Shown: positions 42,295 through 55,651 of the stretch, piece by piece | Position numbering within the stretch: position 1 is the stretch's first letter | Layout of the letters: the number at the start of each line of letters is the position of its first letter | DNA from: Nitrospirales bacterium | GTDB lineage: Bacteria > Nitrospirota > Nitrospiria > Nitrospirales > UBA8639 | NCBI GenBank assembly: GCA_965203295.1 | Contig: CBDBCZ010000015.1 | Coordinates: 384,001 to 448,000, forward strand | Direction: 5' to 3' | Length of the DNA: 64,000 nt | Notes under the pieces: generated by a model | What the model saw: the letters and a program-made list of their open reading frames with translations, nothing else | Database searches by the model: none | What the model was told of the DNA's origin: nothing | Position numbers and translations under genes: made by a program

Positions 42295-43142
42295 AGAGAG
42301 TAGATTTTAAAATAACGTTTACTTACATATTTTGCACTATCTCATAGGGAGTTTAGCTCTCAAAGTGGTATACATGTTCCCACAGCATGAAAGTCCAAGG
42401 CAAAAACACTTACAGCCATATAATTGTATTGTTGTGAAAAATACGTACAATTTAATTGGCTGAAAAGAGGAGAATTAGACCTCCTTTTTGTAGATGAACA
42501 CAGTAAACCTGATGTACCATGTTTGACTCAGCTTGGAAGAACAGACTCCAAGTGGCAAAAAGATTGTCAGAAAATGTTTAGAAATGTTTTGTCCGCAACT
42601 TGAGAGATTTTTTGAAAATAATAACACCTACATGTACATGTACGCTGAACAGTTGGTTGTGAAAATTGAAGTCGCCTATAAATTATTGTTAACTTTTGCC
42701 ATAACGATATTCCATCACTCTAAATGCAACAATGACAAAATCGAAATACGATACATTTCATTATGTGATGTTAACTATGTAACCTGAAATTTTCACCACC
42801 GACTGTTCAATAATATTATAGGTACTACTACATGATCTGCACCTTATAGTCTGATGTTTTGTCTGTAATTTTGATCCACTTGGAGTCTGCTCTTCAAAGG
42901 TGGGTCAAACATTGTACATCTGGTTTACTGTGTTCACCTACAGAAAGGAGGACTAACTCCCAACGCTTCTCTTTTCAGCCAATTACCAATTTCAACAACT
43001 GGGTTGTAAATTCCTGTGGTTTACCTATCTAATTAAGACATTTGTGTGGGCAGATTTACTTATACCACTTTTAATAGAGAGATCAACTCCAAACCCTGTA
43101 GAAAATATACGGAACAGCGTATGTACATACGTATCTACTCTT
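42295..43142. mobile_element. Old long-TIR (foldback-like) element with ~280-bp degenerate arms
   Basis: 42457-42575 pairs with the reverse complement of ~42850-42985. Outer ends are AGAGTAGAT / ATCTACTCT, with TTAA adjacent on the left. Confidence 0.55.
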
Positions 43143-46100
43143 GCTCTGGAGCATGCAGAAGGGGTGAAACTTACATCACTGTGATCTATAGGAGAGGGTA
43201 GGATCTTCCACTATGGTGAAAACATGGTTGTTGAAGACATTCATGACCTTCCCAATACCAAGGTCTTGGACTAGAGAGCTAAGAATTAGGGTTCAGGTCA
43301 TCGAGTGCCACTCCAGTGAAGTACAAGCCTCAGCATAACAACATTGCTCATATCACTCTCCAAATGCAACAGTGCACAAGCAAAGCACATCACAACTACA
43401 TGTACATCACAGCTATATGCCTATATGCATATGTACATGTACATAAATCTTGAAGACATTCAGAGTACAAGCCACCCTACAAGATGTCTGTCTTGCTCAT
43501 GGCATGTCACAAGCAAGGTAACACTTGACAGAGGTTCCAGTTTAGATAAAATGATCAGGGAGCTAAATCCAAAAGCTCAAAGCGGAGCGCCTGTATATGA
43601 GTATAGATCCAGAGTAGGTTACACTGTTCCTGCACTAGAATTAGGCTAGCTAAACTGCTGCTGCGTTCAAAAATTAAATGACACACCACAGCTAATCACA
43701 TGACAGCAAGCTACTGTGCCACCAGAGTTCATGCAAATACAACTGCGGCTACCAAAATTAATGCCTTGAGCTTTAGTTTCTGCTATTCTGTTAGTAGCAC
43801 ATCGTCTACTAATGTACTATCTATGCCTTACCCCAACATAGCTGCACAGCCTTGTCTCAGCTGCTCAGTGCACACTCATTCACTGACTGTAAACTAACAT
43901 AGTACTTTACGCTCCTCGACCTTCAGCCACTCCACTCCGAGTAAATATCCCCCAATGACATTACTGCATGACTGTCACTCACGGTTCTTGCCAACATCTA
44001 GACATATATAAGCCCAAAGAAATTGTCAGCAGTCTCAAGAAGCCACCAAAAGCGACATTAATTAGAGCACTTAAGATTCAAAGGGAATATGCAGCTAAAG
44101 TCTTTCCCACCTCAACCAAGTGACTCTGTATAAAGATCTGAATAGGGCTATACAAAGGACAAAAATAGCTTCTCACCATCACACTGGGGTATGTGGTAAA
44201 GTTAAGTTCTTGTTTTTCAGTTATTTTCTTTCCCTGATTCCTTGGCAAGCTAACAGAGTGAGATAATAGATCAACACTAGCAGAGTACTAGTATTAGAGT
44301 GGTAGTTATGTGCTTACACCATCGCCAGACTACGTATACTACAAGGGAGTGCTGATACGTATCTCAGTACAAAACTAGTGCAAATTATGTATAATAAATC
44401 TCAGCACAAACAGTCATAGAACCATCATGTAATATTTCCTATAAGCAGAGTGTCCAATATCCAAAATCACTGGACATTGCACTCGTCTTGCTTGATCTGG
44501 TTCATTCTTCAGACTCAGCCAAAAACAGTACAGACTCGTCCAATATCCAGTGATATGGGATGGCTGTCCTTCCAATAACATAATCTAGTACACATGTAGG
44601 CTCACATGGGAACTCACGGCTAGCTCAAGAATTCTCACTCGGCACATTTTCTGAATTGGCTAGCACAGGTATTCAAAATGATTTCATAGCTCAGTTGGTT
44701 CCTATGCTCAACAGGATAATATTATGACAGGAACACATGCTGGTAGAATAGCACAGCTCCAGTCTGCACAAACAACCTTACTGGAAAGGAATCTCCAATC
44801 TCAAAAGGGCTGTGATAGCTACTATACCCACGCAGTTCTGACGGAGTGACAGCACCAGTTGTTGTGATCTTGGCTTTGAAAGTATAACTATGTACTATAG
44901 TTCATATTTTCTGCAATGCATATTCTGTCATCTGATTGGTACAAGGAAAGCACACTTCAAAAGTCTCTCTCTCCTACATAGCTCCATGTACAACTAATAA
45001 AGATCGCCATATCATGGTATGGTGGGACTACTGAAGTTGTGGTAGCTGTGACAGGTGTTACATTGACAGAACAGAAACTGCATGCAATGTACATGTAGTT
45101 CATCATAATATGTATGTATGAAGACAAGCGTCTTAATTGGGCTAAGAGATTCATAACAGTGTCTGTATAGCAGCCACTCAGTATGTTCACTGATCTGAGG
45201 TACCACCCTGAACTTACAGCAGCAGTTTTATACAGGAAGTTTGAGCGTTCATCTCTTGCTTGCAATCAGATTAGGTTGTAAACTCTAAATGCCGTAACCT
45301 ATAGAATTTATTGTTACAGGGGGTACTTTGCTGATATTCAAATCTCCAAATCAAGTGGATGGCTATGTTGACGACATGAAAGTGAACACCCAATTAACAA
45401 AAATATGTACATAACCACACCCTCTACTAAATAATCCACAAAAATGCACTTTCAGGTTGTTTACTAAAATGAAAATTATCGGATCTGCTAGAGCCCCACC
45501 TACAGTATGACAATATTACGACTTGCAAGCCATTATGACGACTTTCACGAAGTCGCAATATTACGACAGTATGACAATATCACCAGTACCTACATAGGAG
45601 ACAGGCTAAAAATGTACGTTGGCTTTTTCACAAGAGTGTTTCAAACCCAGTTTTATAGCCCAGAATGCACCTAACCACCCCAAAATGCTCATTTTCGATA
45701 TCCTGCCTTTAAAAAAAATTATATGCATGTCCACTTCCGCCCGCCTAGCTGCCTAACAAACTTCAACCTACTCATAGCAAATCTATGTTAGCTTTTTTAT
45801 ACTCACCCCTCGGTTATTGAAAACCACCCATCAAAGCACTTCCTATAAATCTTTACAAATTTTCACACAGCTAGCTAACCACAGCTCACTATGCAAATGG
45901 ACGGATCCGGACCGGAAAGGTCAAAACTGTAGCCTACATAAGATGAGCAACAGCCTGTCAGCATATCCGTCTGTCTGGCTGACTCATAGGCACTTCAGCA
46001 GCCAAACAAACTTTGTGGAACACACCAGCTGACTCTTCAGCCATGATTAGCCTATATATGCTTCTCACCACTATATATACATGGTCCTATTTTTAAAAAA

Positions 46101-46571
46101 ATTGAAAGGTAACATTACTAATGAATACTCAACCACATCAAAGTGTCAATATCACACAGCAAAGAGCTGTTATCCACATCAAAGTGACACATCCCTCCAG
46201 TTGATTCCGGTTGCCACCATGGGAAACATAAACATATAAATTAGTACCATGTGAATGACATCTTTCATTATTTATTCATGAGAAGAACCACGCAAAGCGG
46301 TGCCACCTTAACCTCATGCCTCAGCTAATGCAATGCCATGTGTAATACCAAAAATTCCAATTACTCACAGTCCACATTTAATTGTTCACAATCTATGAGT
46401 GTGTTCTCTTGTACAAAAGGATCATTGAAAAGTAGGCTCTTATAACAGTTAGCCTAAAAAGTACTTAATTGTGCTCCAAACAAAGAGGAGATTTGAGGTT
46501 ACAAGCACTTTGCCATAAAGTACAAAGTATCAGGGACATGCTTTTGAAGCGGTTTCTCAATTTTTTTTTTA

Positions 46572-47055
46572 TTACCAGCCAGAGCGTGCAGAGCGCGTGC
46601 AGAGCGCGCGCAGCACGCAAACGGCTGGTACTAAGATTGCTTTACGTTTGGTACTAAGATTGCTTTACGTTTTCCGCGTGTGTTTGTTTGTTTGTCTGTT
46701 TGTGTGTCCGCACTTATCACGTGCATAATATATTACATCATACGTTATTATGCAACTGCAGTGTATAGCAGCTTTTGGAGGTTTGCAGGCCAAGCTACAG
46801 CAAATGAAGGTAGTTTTGTGTTGCCTAGATGGCGAAAACGTGGTAGGTAGCCATAAAAATCCTGGTTTATTGGCATATAGCTAGTAACTGGAGGCGCATG
46901 GCGAAACTGCTGAGTCAGCCTTTTCGCTGTACCGCTCTAGGAATATAGTATCTCTGGCTCTACAGCTGTAGTTTAATAGCTTGGCCTAAGCTGAGTTGTG
47001 TGGATTGTATGGGAAAGGTGTCCGGCTGGTTTTTTAGGCATGAAATGTCAGACTT
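46572..47055 (+). mobile_element. Helentron-associated (DINE-1/HINE-like) element
   Basis: Follows poly-T. Has a 5' hairpin TACCAGCC...GGCTGGTA, a (TTTG) microsatellite, a 3' repeat GGCTGGT (47024-47030) and a short hairpin GGCAT-GAA-ATGTC. Confidence 0.55.
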
Positions 47056-50000
47056 GTTTTTCTAAATAATAGGAATAGGGTAGCCATACAGTACAGAGTA
47101 AAAATTTAACCATGGATAATATAGACACGTAAACGTGTCTATGATTTAACTCCCAAGTTTAGAGAAATAGTGACTCTAAAGTATTTTTGATCTCACTTAA
47201 CATGTGAAGCTTATGTGTCGTGTGACATAGTTAATCGCAAGCGGCATGAAACTGCCACCACGAACTGTCTGACAACGACAATATGGCCATGCATTCACAG
47301 ATTTGTAGCGACCCAGTTCATTAAAGCCTATGAGCAAGTTCAGTATACACGCTATCTACGTACATGTAGCACCAAATTTTGCAGGTCTATGAATCACGTA
47401 GTTCAATACCACAGATGTTTTGAGAGAATTAAAGATTGTGCCATAATTTTAATTTACATGTGTAATACTATTTACGTAAACATATCAATATTATACTCGT
47501 GTTCAATTAATATTGTGCGTGAATTTAACAGGGTGTGTCCAATCAGCCATTAATTGACTGGTCTCCCTGGAAGTTCAGCATGGAATTCAACAATACCCAA
47601 TAAGATACTATGGCACTGATTCTGTGGTCCCTACTAATAAGGAGTTCATAATTTTACGGTAATACCACACTCACCTCCATACTCTCCAAGTTCCTGTGTC
47701 CTTCCGCTCTTTTGATCTTTCAGTGAAGGGGATGCGGCTAGCCTAGAGTTCTGAGATGTAGTCTCGCGGGCCAGACTTTGCGAGACTACTTGAGATGGGG
47801 CAGTGTACGTTACAGCCATGCACAGCTGCGGGGCCCCGAGATCTAGATCGCGGTCTAGAAATCAAGTGCCACGTGCGGATCCGCGGTTCGGAAATTGCTA
47901 GCGAAGCCATGCTGCTGCGAGAGTACAACTCCAGCTAGCGCGTGGTGTCGACCTCAGCGCGAGATACCGTATCACCATGATTTGCAGGCTTTGTTCTGAC
48001 ACCGTGCCCTGGGGGGCTAGTCGTATTGCATGCTGGCAGCTAAAAGGAAGCCTTGTCTTCGATGCGCTGAAAACGGAGCAAGGTACGTATGAGCATGCTC
48101 TATAATTTATCTATTAGTACACTACGCAATAAGATGAGAATGCAAAATAGGTTACGCACAGCCATTGCCTATTCGCTGTACATGTACTTTTACAGGTATC
48201 TTGCAACATGCACTTGCAAGGCCTCTAGACCACACGTGTTCAGGTATTGGGCTATTCCATTTTATACCCGTACACCTCCTATGGATGACAAAATTTCACA
48301 AAGTGGTTTTGTCCAGGGTACCAACGAGACATTTGTCCGGGGTTCTTTTTGAATATTGGGATGTGTCCAGGGGTCAAAATCGCCATGTCCAGGGGGTGCT
48401 ATACAGAAAAAAGTGTGTCTAGGGGGTTCAGCGAATAGTAACACTATTTCATTCTTCTTGTCCAGGGGTTCACTGTGAAATCCAAGTTGTCCAGGGGTAA
48501 GAAATTATTATGTCCAGGGGTAACATCAAAAACCATACGCGTCCAGAGGTCAAAATCTCAGTATCCGGGGGCAAAATTATAGAAAAATCTTGTCCAGGGG
48601 ACAAAAGGCGAAAGTTGTCATCCATAGGTGGTGTACAGTTATAAAATGGAATAGCCCATTCAGCAAACAACATAATGAATGTGATTAAGCTTATCATAAT
48701 TGCTGTAGCGTATGCAATCATAGAGCTAGCTAGTCAAAAGGTGTACATCCATATCTCATTTTTATGATGAGAGTAGAGTAGAAGAGCTAACCTTCCTTCT
48801 ACTTTATTCTCCATAGAATGATCACTGCATCGATTCGCTCAGAGCGTCTGGCCAGAGGGGGGAGGGGGAGGCTGGCAACAAGGCTAGTACGGTAAGCTAA
48901 CTGCTCATAATTATTATAGCACAGAGTGTGAAAGATGTTTCTGGGAGCAAATTTTTAATAGTTTATAACCACTAAAGTAAGGTAGTCTCACTCAAGAAAT
49001 TCGCTAGCTTATTGAAAGGAAAGTGCTTGGATTATAGTACCACAATGCCCTTTTTCACCAAATTTTTTGTGAGTTATGCCTTCATTCAGACCAGTGCAAC
49101 ATCGTGTCTCGAGTAAGACATTCTGGCTTTACTTTTATTGTGAAATATGCTGTATGGTGGACTAGATTATTCCAGCGATTAAACTTAATCCCCGTTTCTT
49201 GTTTGTGTCCCAACTGAATGGAGGAAGTCATGTTTGCACTGCAGCATCGGGGGGCTCACTCCCCAAATGCAGGAATTCATGTTTTTCTATTGCAAGCGCC
49301 AAATTCTGGGGGAGGTCTGGGATTGAGTACGCACTGCTGTATATTTTATGTGTGTGTGTAGCCTTGTTCCCAGTCTCCACTCTCCAGCTTTTTTGCACAC
49401 TGGAAAAAGTTAGTGAGGAGTGGAGACTGGGAACATGGCTACATAGTGTGTGTGCTAAAAGTACATCCCACCATGAGACAATTTAAGACTTCCTTAATGC
49501 TGCAGTGTTACCATGTTAGGACTGATTAGATGCATGTTGTGATCGTCACATTAGATGCAAATCCAGACTTGATATTAATTAATGCATGCCTAGCTTGGCG
49601 CTGAGAGCGAAAATAGCCTGTTTCCCAAGCCATGTATTGTTTTTGACTGCCTGGCAACACGGCTAAAAGGGGGAACCCGGTTGTACGTGGGTGGGCTCCA
49701 GGATCCAAATGAGTACTACTTAAACACGCATTACTAACCATGCGTAAGGTTTTAGTTCTTATGACTGATTAGATGCATGTTGTTGCATGCTGTAGCAGCT
49801 TCCAAAGTGGGTGCGGTTTGTGATTCCTCTCTATAGCTCGATCTAGCTCTCCACGTGTCTCTGCGCGATGCTTCCCTGTGCATGCATATGTCTAGTAGAG
49901 CCATTGGGTGAGGACCTTTGCGCAGTATTACTATGTAGTCTTGTTAGACAAGCTCAGTCCGGTAACCAATAATGTGCATAGGGCCTGCAGTAATATTCTC

Positions 50001-51545
50001 ATGAATATTCGTATTATGTAACACAATACTGTTGTAACTCATCATACCAGCAGGGTTGAAAGTTTAAGTGCTGGGAATATAGCCACAAGGGAACATGTTT
50101 TATGTTTCCATGCGCATAAACATAACAGCACATGTTCTCTTTTGCCTCCATTATACAATGTTAGAACTGCCCTGAAAGCTAGGATAGTTAATGGTCAATT
50201 ACTTATACTATGTTTCAGGGACTATTATGTTTAATTATTGTACACTTTCAGGGAAAGTCCATTAATAGCCAACACAAGGGTAAAAATGATAACAGGCAGT
50301 GTAAGTTATGTGGGGAAGAATGTGAGAGTGTAGTACATGTGCTCTGGCAGTGTCCTGTGTATGATACCATTAGAAATCTTTTGAGGGGGGGGGGGGGGAG
50401 GAGCTCTGAAGAGTTTAGTACGCTCAATAATTTTAAGAAAACAGCCTCTGTTTTTAGGGTGTGAGATTTGGGACCTCTCATTTCAAAGAATACATTATGG
50501 TTGGACCAGGCAGCATGACAGCTGAGAGCTGACAGCCAGCAAATTGTTGATAGTGCCCAACTTGTACCGCAAAACAAGTCAACTGTACACCACAAAACTA
50601 GCTACTTGTACATAAAATAGGCTGGGATGGGCCAAACAAGGAGTAATGTGGGCACAACATATTTAGGACACATGGCCAGTGTGCGCAGGGGAAAAAACAC
50701 TATCACTTAAAAAACCTCAACATGTGAGGAAAAACAGTGAGGTGAAAAAACCAAAGTAAACAAAACCTCCCAGCAACACACAGCAACACACACACAAAAT
50801 GAATGCACAATTGTCCACTCCATACGGTCTCTGGACATGCACTTGGCTTCTAGAACCATCTCTGCACTGGTGTCAACTCCATACAGCCTCCGTAGGTGCG
50901 CTCAGCATACAGAAGTCTTGCCACCAGCTCAAGACGGCTGTCAAACTCCATACGGTCTCAGTAAATGGAGGTCAGGCTTTCACAGCCCGATGTACCTCAG
51001 CAGGGAAAAAAAACACTCCACATGACTACTGTATTATATATACTCCCACCACAATCCTTCACTTCACTGCTGCTGCTGCCGAGAGATGCTCCAAGCAGCC
51101 CCAGCATAAGCTTATATACCCACAGCCCAGCCTAGTAGCAACCAGTTGGAATTTTCCGCCACACTGGCGGTTGCTTAGCTCTAGCTAACTGCACATGCAA
51201 CAATGAGAGCACATTTTCCATTTAATTCACTGCGCTCAAACAACAGAAAATATACAGGTATAATTTTAAGGCTTATTTAAGACTAGTTAAGATGTATTAT
51301 TAATCTGGATACTAAGAAGATATAGTGATCAGGATGTTGTAACATCTGATTGCTCTTCCTCTTGTCTTCTGACTGGAGATGTTACAAGCTCTGCCTGTGT
51401 ATGTGGGTGTGTGGTCAATGACATAAGTGCTACGGCAGCGACATTAGAATATTATACATACATGTAGTTATCCTACGTTTTAGGGTGTTCAAACATTGTG
51501 CACAACCCAGATAATTCATCTTGCAGTTATCAGTTGGGTAAAATT
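46977..51545 (+). repeat. Direct segmental duplication, copy 2
   Basis: Near-identical to 23004-28179 and lacks the piggyBac insertion. Confidence 0.95.
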
Positions 51546-51959
51546 GCTGCAAGATAGATCTGGGCAAGAAGTCATATATGGTAGGAGGTTAGACAGCCCT
51601 TCAATGATGCAGCGTGCACATTTATTCCAAGAAACGTACGTGCATGTACATGTAGCTAGCCTGTGTAGTAATGTACTGCATGACATACGTACAATAATGT
51701 GACTTTGCAACCCCCATTACATCATAACAAAGGTTCATTGTACCTAGATAGCAAGAATGTTCCCACTTTTTATTACCAATTAGTACAAGGTTATAATAGT
51801 TTATTTTAGTAAGTGGCAATGCTATCCATGCCTTCAGCTTAGTTAGCAGAAAATTAAATATGCACACAACTTGTAGCTAGTATTGCTATGCTTATATTGT
51901 TCAATGAACATGAAAATGAAAATAAAATGTAACATTATTATACAACTATTGAGGCGATC

Positions 51960-53200
51960 ATCCCTGCTATCTCTACACACACCACCTCCTACAATAAAAA
52001 TTTCAGGTATTTAGTGTTAACACCCCTCTAGTTTAATTATTTATATAGTAAGTATTTATTATATGCAGTTTTATTGCAGACATTGTGGTTGTCTACTTTT
52101 CCTGGAATAAGCAGGTGTTACACAATCATGTGCATTCCTTTTGGTAGTACAAGTGAGCATGTACTATCATAAGGAGTGCTCATGTAACACCCAGTTTACA
52201 AACTACTTGCCTTTTCTCCACTGTAGTCAGAGATTGTCCATTGAGTATTCACGAAATCTGTCTTTTTTTCCTTCTCCGCTCGCCAAAATAACCACTGCCT
52301 GTATGATTATCAGTAAGGCAATTTAGTGATGGTTTACTCCTTTAAGGTGCAGGGCAACTAACCTAATCCGCTTTAGACATCCAGCTAGTACTCCCCAAGG
52401 TTAATGATTCTTCGGCTTTGCACATCCACCACCTATAGATCAGATGGAGATTATTATTCTTCCAGAAATGCTGATTGTAGACTATTTTCTTACTATCAGG
52501 GCCTAGTGGTACCCCCATATGGATTGGTATCGATATCTGCTGAAAATCCAGGACATTTATCTTTTGGGAAAAATAGCAACAAATTAGCAATTTAAAATGA
52601 CTCTGTATATCTACCATACTTACTCTGCCGTACCATCCAACATTTTCTGCTCCTTTTTCTAGTATCTTTCCGTAGAGAAAGGTACTCGTACTGAGAGTTG
52701 GATGACCTATGCACATCCGTTATAATCAAAACATTACAATATGTGTGTATATGCAGAATGAGAACACTGTTTACATATCTGAGCAGTGCTTTGCTGCAGT
52801 CTGCAAGAAGGGGCACACCACCTGTTGTATATACCAAGTCATGCAAGAACCAGCAATGCCATGGTGTTAAGTTTTGTTTTGTGAATTACTAATTCATGGT
52901 CAACCTTGTCTGTAAGCCACTTTGGGGATTCCAGGTCCCTCAGGTCTCCTGTAGTGATATGGCCATATGGTGTGAGAACTGCTAGAGTGTCTCGGGGAGT
53001 CTTAGCATCTCGCCATAGAGCCTCAACCTTTACAATCAAAGAATATTACTGTGTATAGAACATTGGCATATGTAGAATTAAGACTCTCTCTGTAATACTT
53101 TCCTATGCACTATTTGGGAGCTTGTACAGCTCTAAATCTGATGATGGCAAAGTAGTTCCAGCAAATAGCTCCTTAGTTTTGTGTTCCATCCTGTACAGAA
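51960..53200 (-). pseudogene. Intron-containing SENP/Ulp1 (peptidase C48) pseudogene
   Basis: Exons in correct order: ITTGDLRDLESPKWLTDK; STFLYGKILEKGAENVGWYGR; INVLDFQQISIPIHMG/(frameshift)H*AL (catalytic HW with TAG); VVDVQSRRII; QWLFWRAEKEKKTDFVNTQW. Several stops and frameshifts. Confidence 0.8.
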
Positions 53201-53344
53201 AATAATTGGTCATGCTTTTGACACTATCATAATTCTGTCCTCACAGGTATACTGCACAGTTCATTCAACTAAGGGAACTTGTAACCAGATACTGTGGCTC
53301 AACTACTGCAGAAAAACATACAGACCTTGCTTGTGTTCCAGATT

Positions 53345-53800
53345 CTCGTGAAGGCTTTCTCAGTGGGTAGGTCTTTCGCAAACCTCAGCATGGTGTGCTC
53401 ATGATAATTATTTCTCTTCACCTATTTGAGGTTTAATTCATTGGTGACCAACCAACCATCCTCATGAACCTTTCTCTCAGTGGCATGGGCAGAACTCTCA
53501 CAAACCTCAGCATAGTGGGCTCACGGGAATTCTTTTTCTCTACATAATGATTATGTTTATATCACTGGTGATCATGGCCAACCATTCTCATTTAAATTTC
53601 TTATGAAACCTTTCTCATTGGGTATGTTGGTCTTTCAGAAATTTCTCTATGGTCTACTCATGGGGATCACTGTCTTCACCTATATATTTGGATTGAGGTT
53701 TATATAATTGATGACCACTATTCTCATATCAGAATCCAATGATTTAAGAGGGCATGCAGTCTTACTGTAAACTCTGTGTGGTGTGTTCATGGGATTTCAA
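53345..53800. repeat. Degenerate tandem repeat, 3-4 units of ~120-140 bp
   Basis: Recurring TTTCTCAGTGG..CAAACCTCAGCAT.GTG.GCTCA..TGGTGA.CA..CCAACCAT.CTCAT. Confidence 0.55.
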
Positions 53801-55162
53801 TTCACTTGATACATAAACATGACCAAAATAAAAATGTAAAAACAAACACTATAGTCTTATTCGAATTCTTGGTCTGACGGTGCCGGGCTTTCCTCAGAAT
53901 CCCAGGAGTACACTGATGTGCTGCGCACAACCAACTAGCTTCCTGGTGCCACCAGTTAGAACACACTGCTTTGAATAACAGCTTTAGGCACTCTAACTGA
54001 GAGGAACCAGTAGCTTGTTATGATCATGACTGACGAACTGGAATCACCCTGGAAATGAAAGTATGTAAACACGACATTAAATATAATTATGTAGAACGCT
54101 TTACCACATCAATTTCCAATATGGCAAACCGTCCAATATCCATGCAGCGATTGGACAGCTTGATGAACTGGCCATTTAGAATCATAAGCGTGCATGCACG
54201 ACAAATTTCTCATTGAATGGGTAGCTGTACAATATCACTGGACATGTACTAACATTGGACTCATCTTGCTTGCATTTGGCTTGCCCTATGGACTTACCCA
54301 AATACAGCACAGATTCGTTCAATATCCAGTGATATTGGGCGGCTACACATTGCAATAAGAAAATTAATAATATATATGTCAGCGTTAACACAAAAGCGTA
54401 GACAGCCTCATTGTAGCTACACATACATCTTTGTCAGCATGTCACAGCCATCGCAGCACTATTACAACCACTCTAATTTATACCGTTTGTCCTATTAAAA
54501 ACATACGATTTGAACAGCTAGTCTACATACCGTGCTCTCGCATTAGTCTCTTTCCCAGGCCATGCAAGTCGAACTTCTCTGACATGCGTGGCCTGGGAAC
54601 GAGGCCACATTGTACCCTCACATGCACAGAAGAGATTGGCATTACAACTGAAGCCTTCATGTGAGGGCATACAGTATACAGTGCGGATAAGCTCATTCCC
54701 AGGCTCTTCCGTATGAAAATAAAGACTTCATGTGGAAAGACACTACAAAGCAGGCATTCAGGTTTCATAAGATATAAAAAAAGTGCTATAGATATTAATT
54801 ACTTTGCACTCTTGGGCCTAGAAGGTATTGTGAAATCGTTTCAGACTACTTGGCAATGTTCTCAGTGCCTGATTCTAAGTAAGTGAAGGGTGAAAGGGTT
54901 TCTTTATGCAGGATTGAAGGAAATTTTTGAGATCGACTCATAATACAGTGACCAGTCTGTGACCTAAAAAACCCACAGCTACAGAAACTAATAGAGATGC
55001 ACCCCTACTCTAGATCTACAACGTACTTGAAAGCCAGTAACACTGTCACAAAAAGACGTTAGCATTTCTACCAGTGGGCTAGTGGTTGCCATAGTTAACC
55101 TTTGAAACCGCAATATTTAATCTAATCGACAAATTGTGTCCCATAACTGCAGTGTCCTTACT

Positions 55163-55246
55163 TAGCTATCCGAACTTCTACCCACCCAGGGAACGCTTGC
55201 AGGAACCTGAAAGCGATCCCTAGGTGGGTAGAAGTTGGGGATAGCC
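55163..55246. mobile_element. Diverged relative of the 4877-4992 palindromic MITE
   Basis: TAGCTATCCGAACTTCTACCCACC..GG.A.CGCTT ... AAGCGATCCCTAGGTGGGTAGAAGTTGGGGATAGC. Confidence 0.65.
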
Positions 55247-55651
55247 AGAACCATAGATAATATACCGGTAGCCTAACCTAGGGTGACGATATCAGAACTT
55301 CAACTTACTTGGACACCCAAATACTCAAGCGCATCACTTGGAACCCAAGTGATGCGCTTTAGTTGGAATGTAAACATAAGAGACATGTGACAGTTATGCC
55401 GTTGAATCGGCGGATCGGACCTACCTGGTGCGATGCATACATGTACTAGTAGTCCCGTGCCCGGCGCCCAGCCGGCCCGTCGCTCGCCAGCGCGCGAGGG
55501 AGGAGCGACGGTCTGGGCACGAGACTAGCATGCATACTATATATACTATACTAGTGGGCTAGTCTCGTGCCCAGACACCCACGCTACTAGGCCTATTCCA
55601 TTTAAAGCCTGCCACATCGAAGGCGACTGAGGTTCGTTCCTCATCATTAAT

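Noticed and set aside
54232..54342. Upstream exon (RPISLDIERICAVFG) of the SENP pseudogene
   Set aside because: The segment has inverted ends ATATCACTGGA/TCCAGTGATAT and a relative at ~44463-44562, so it is probably a small repeat.
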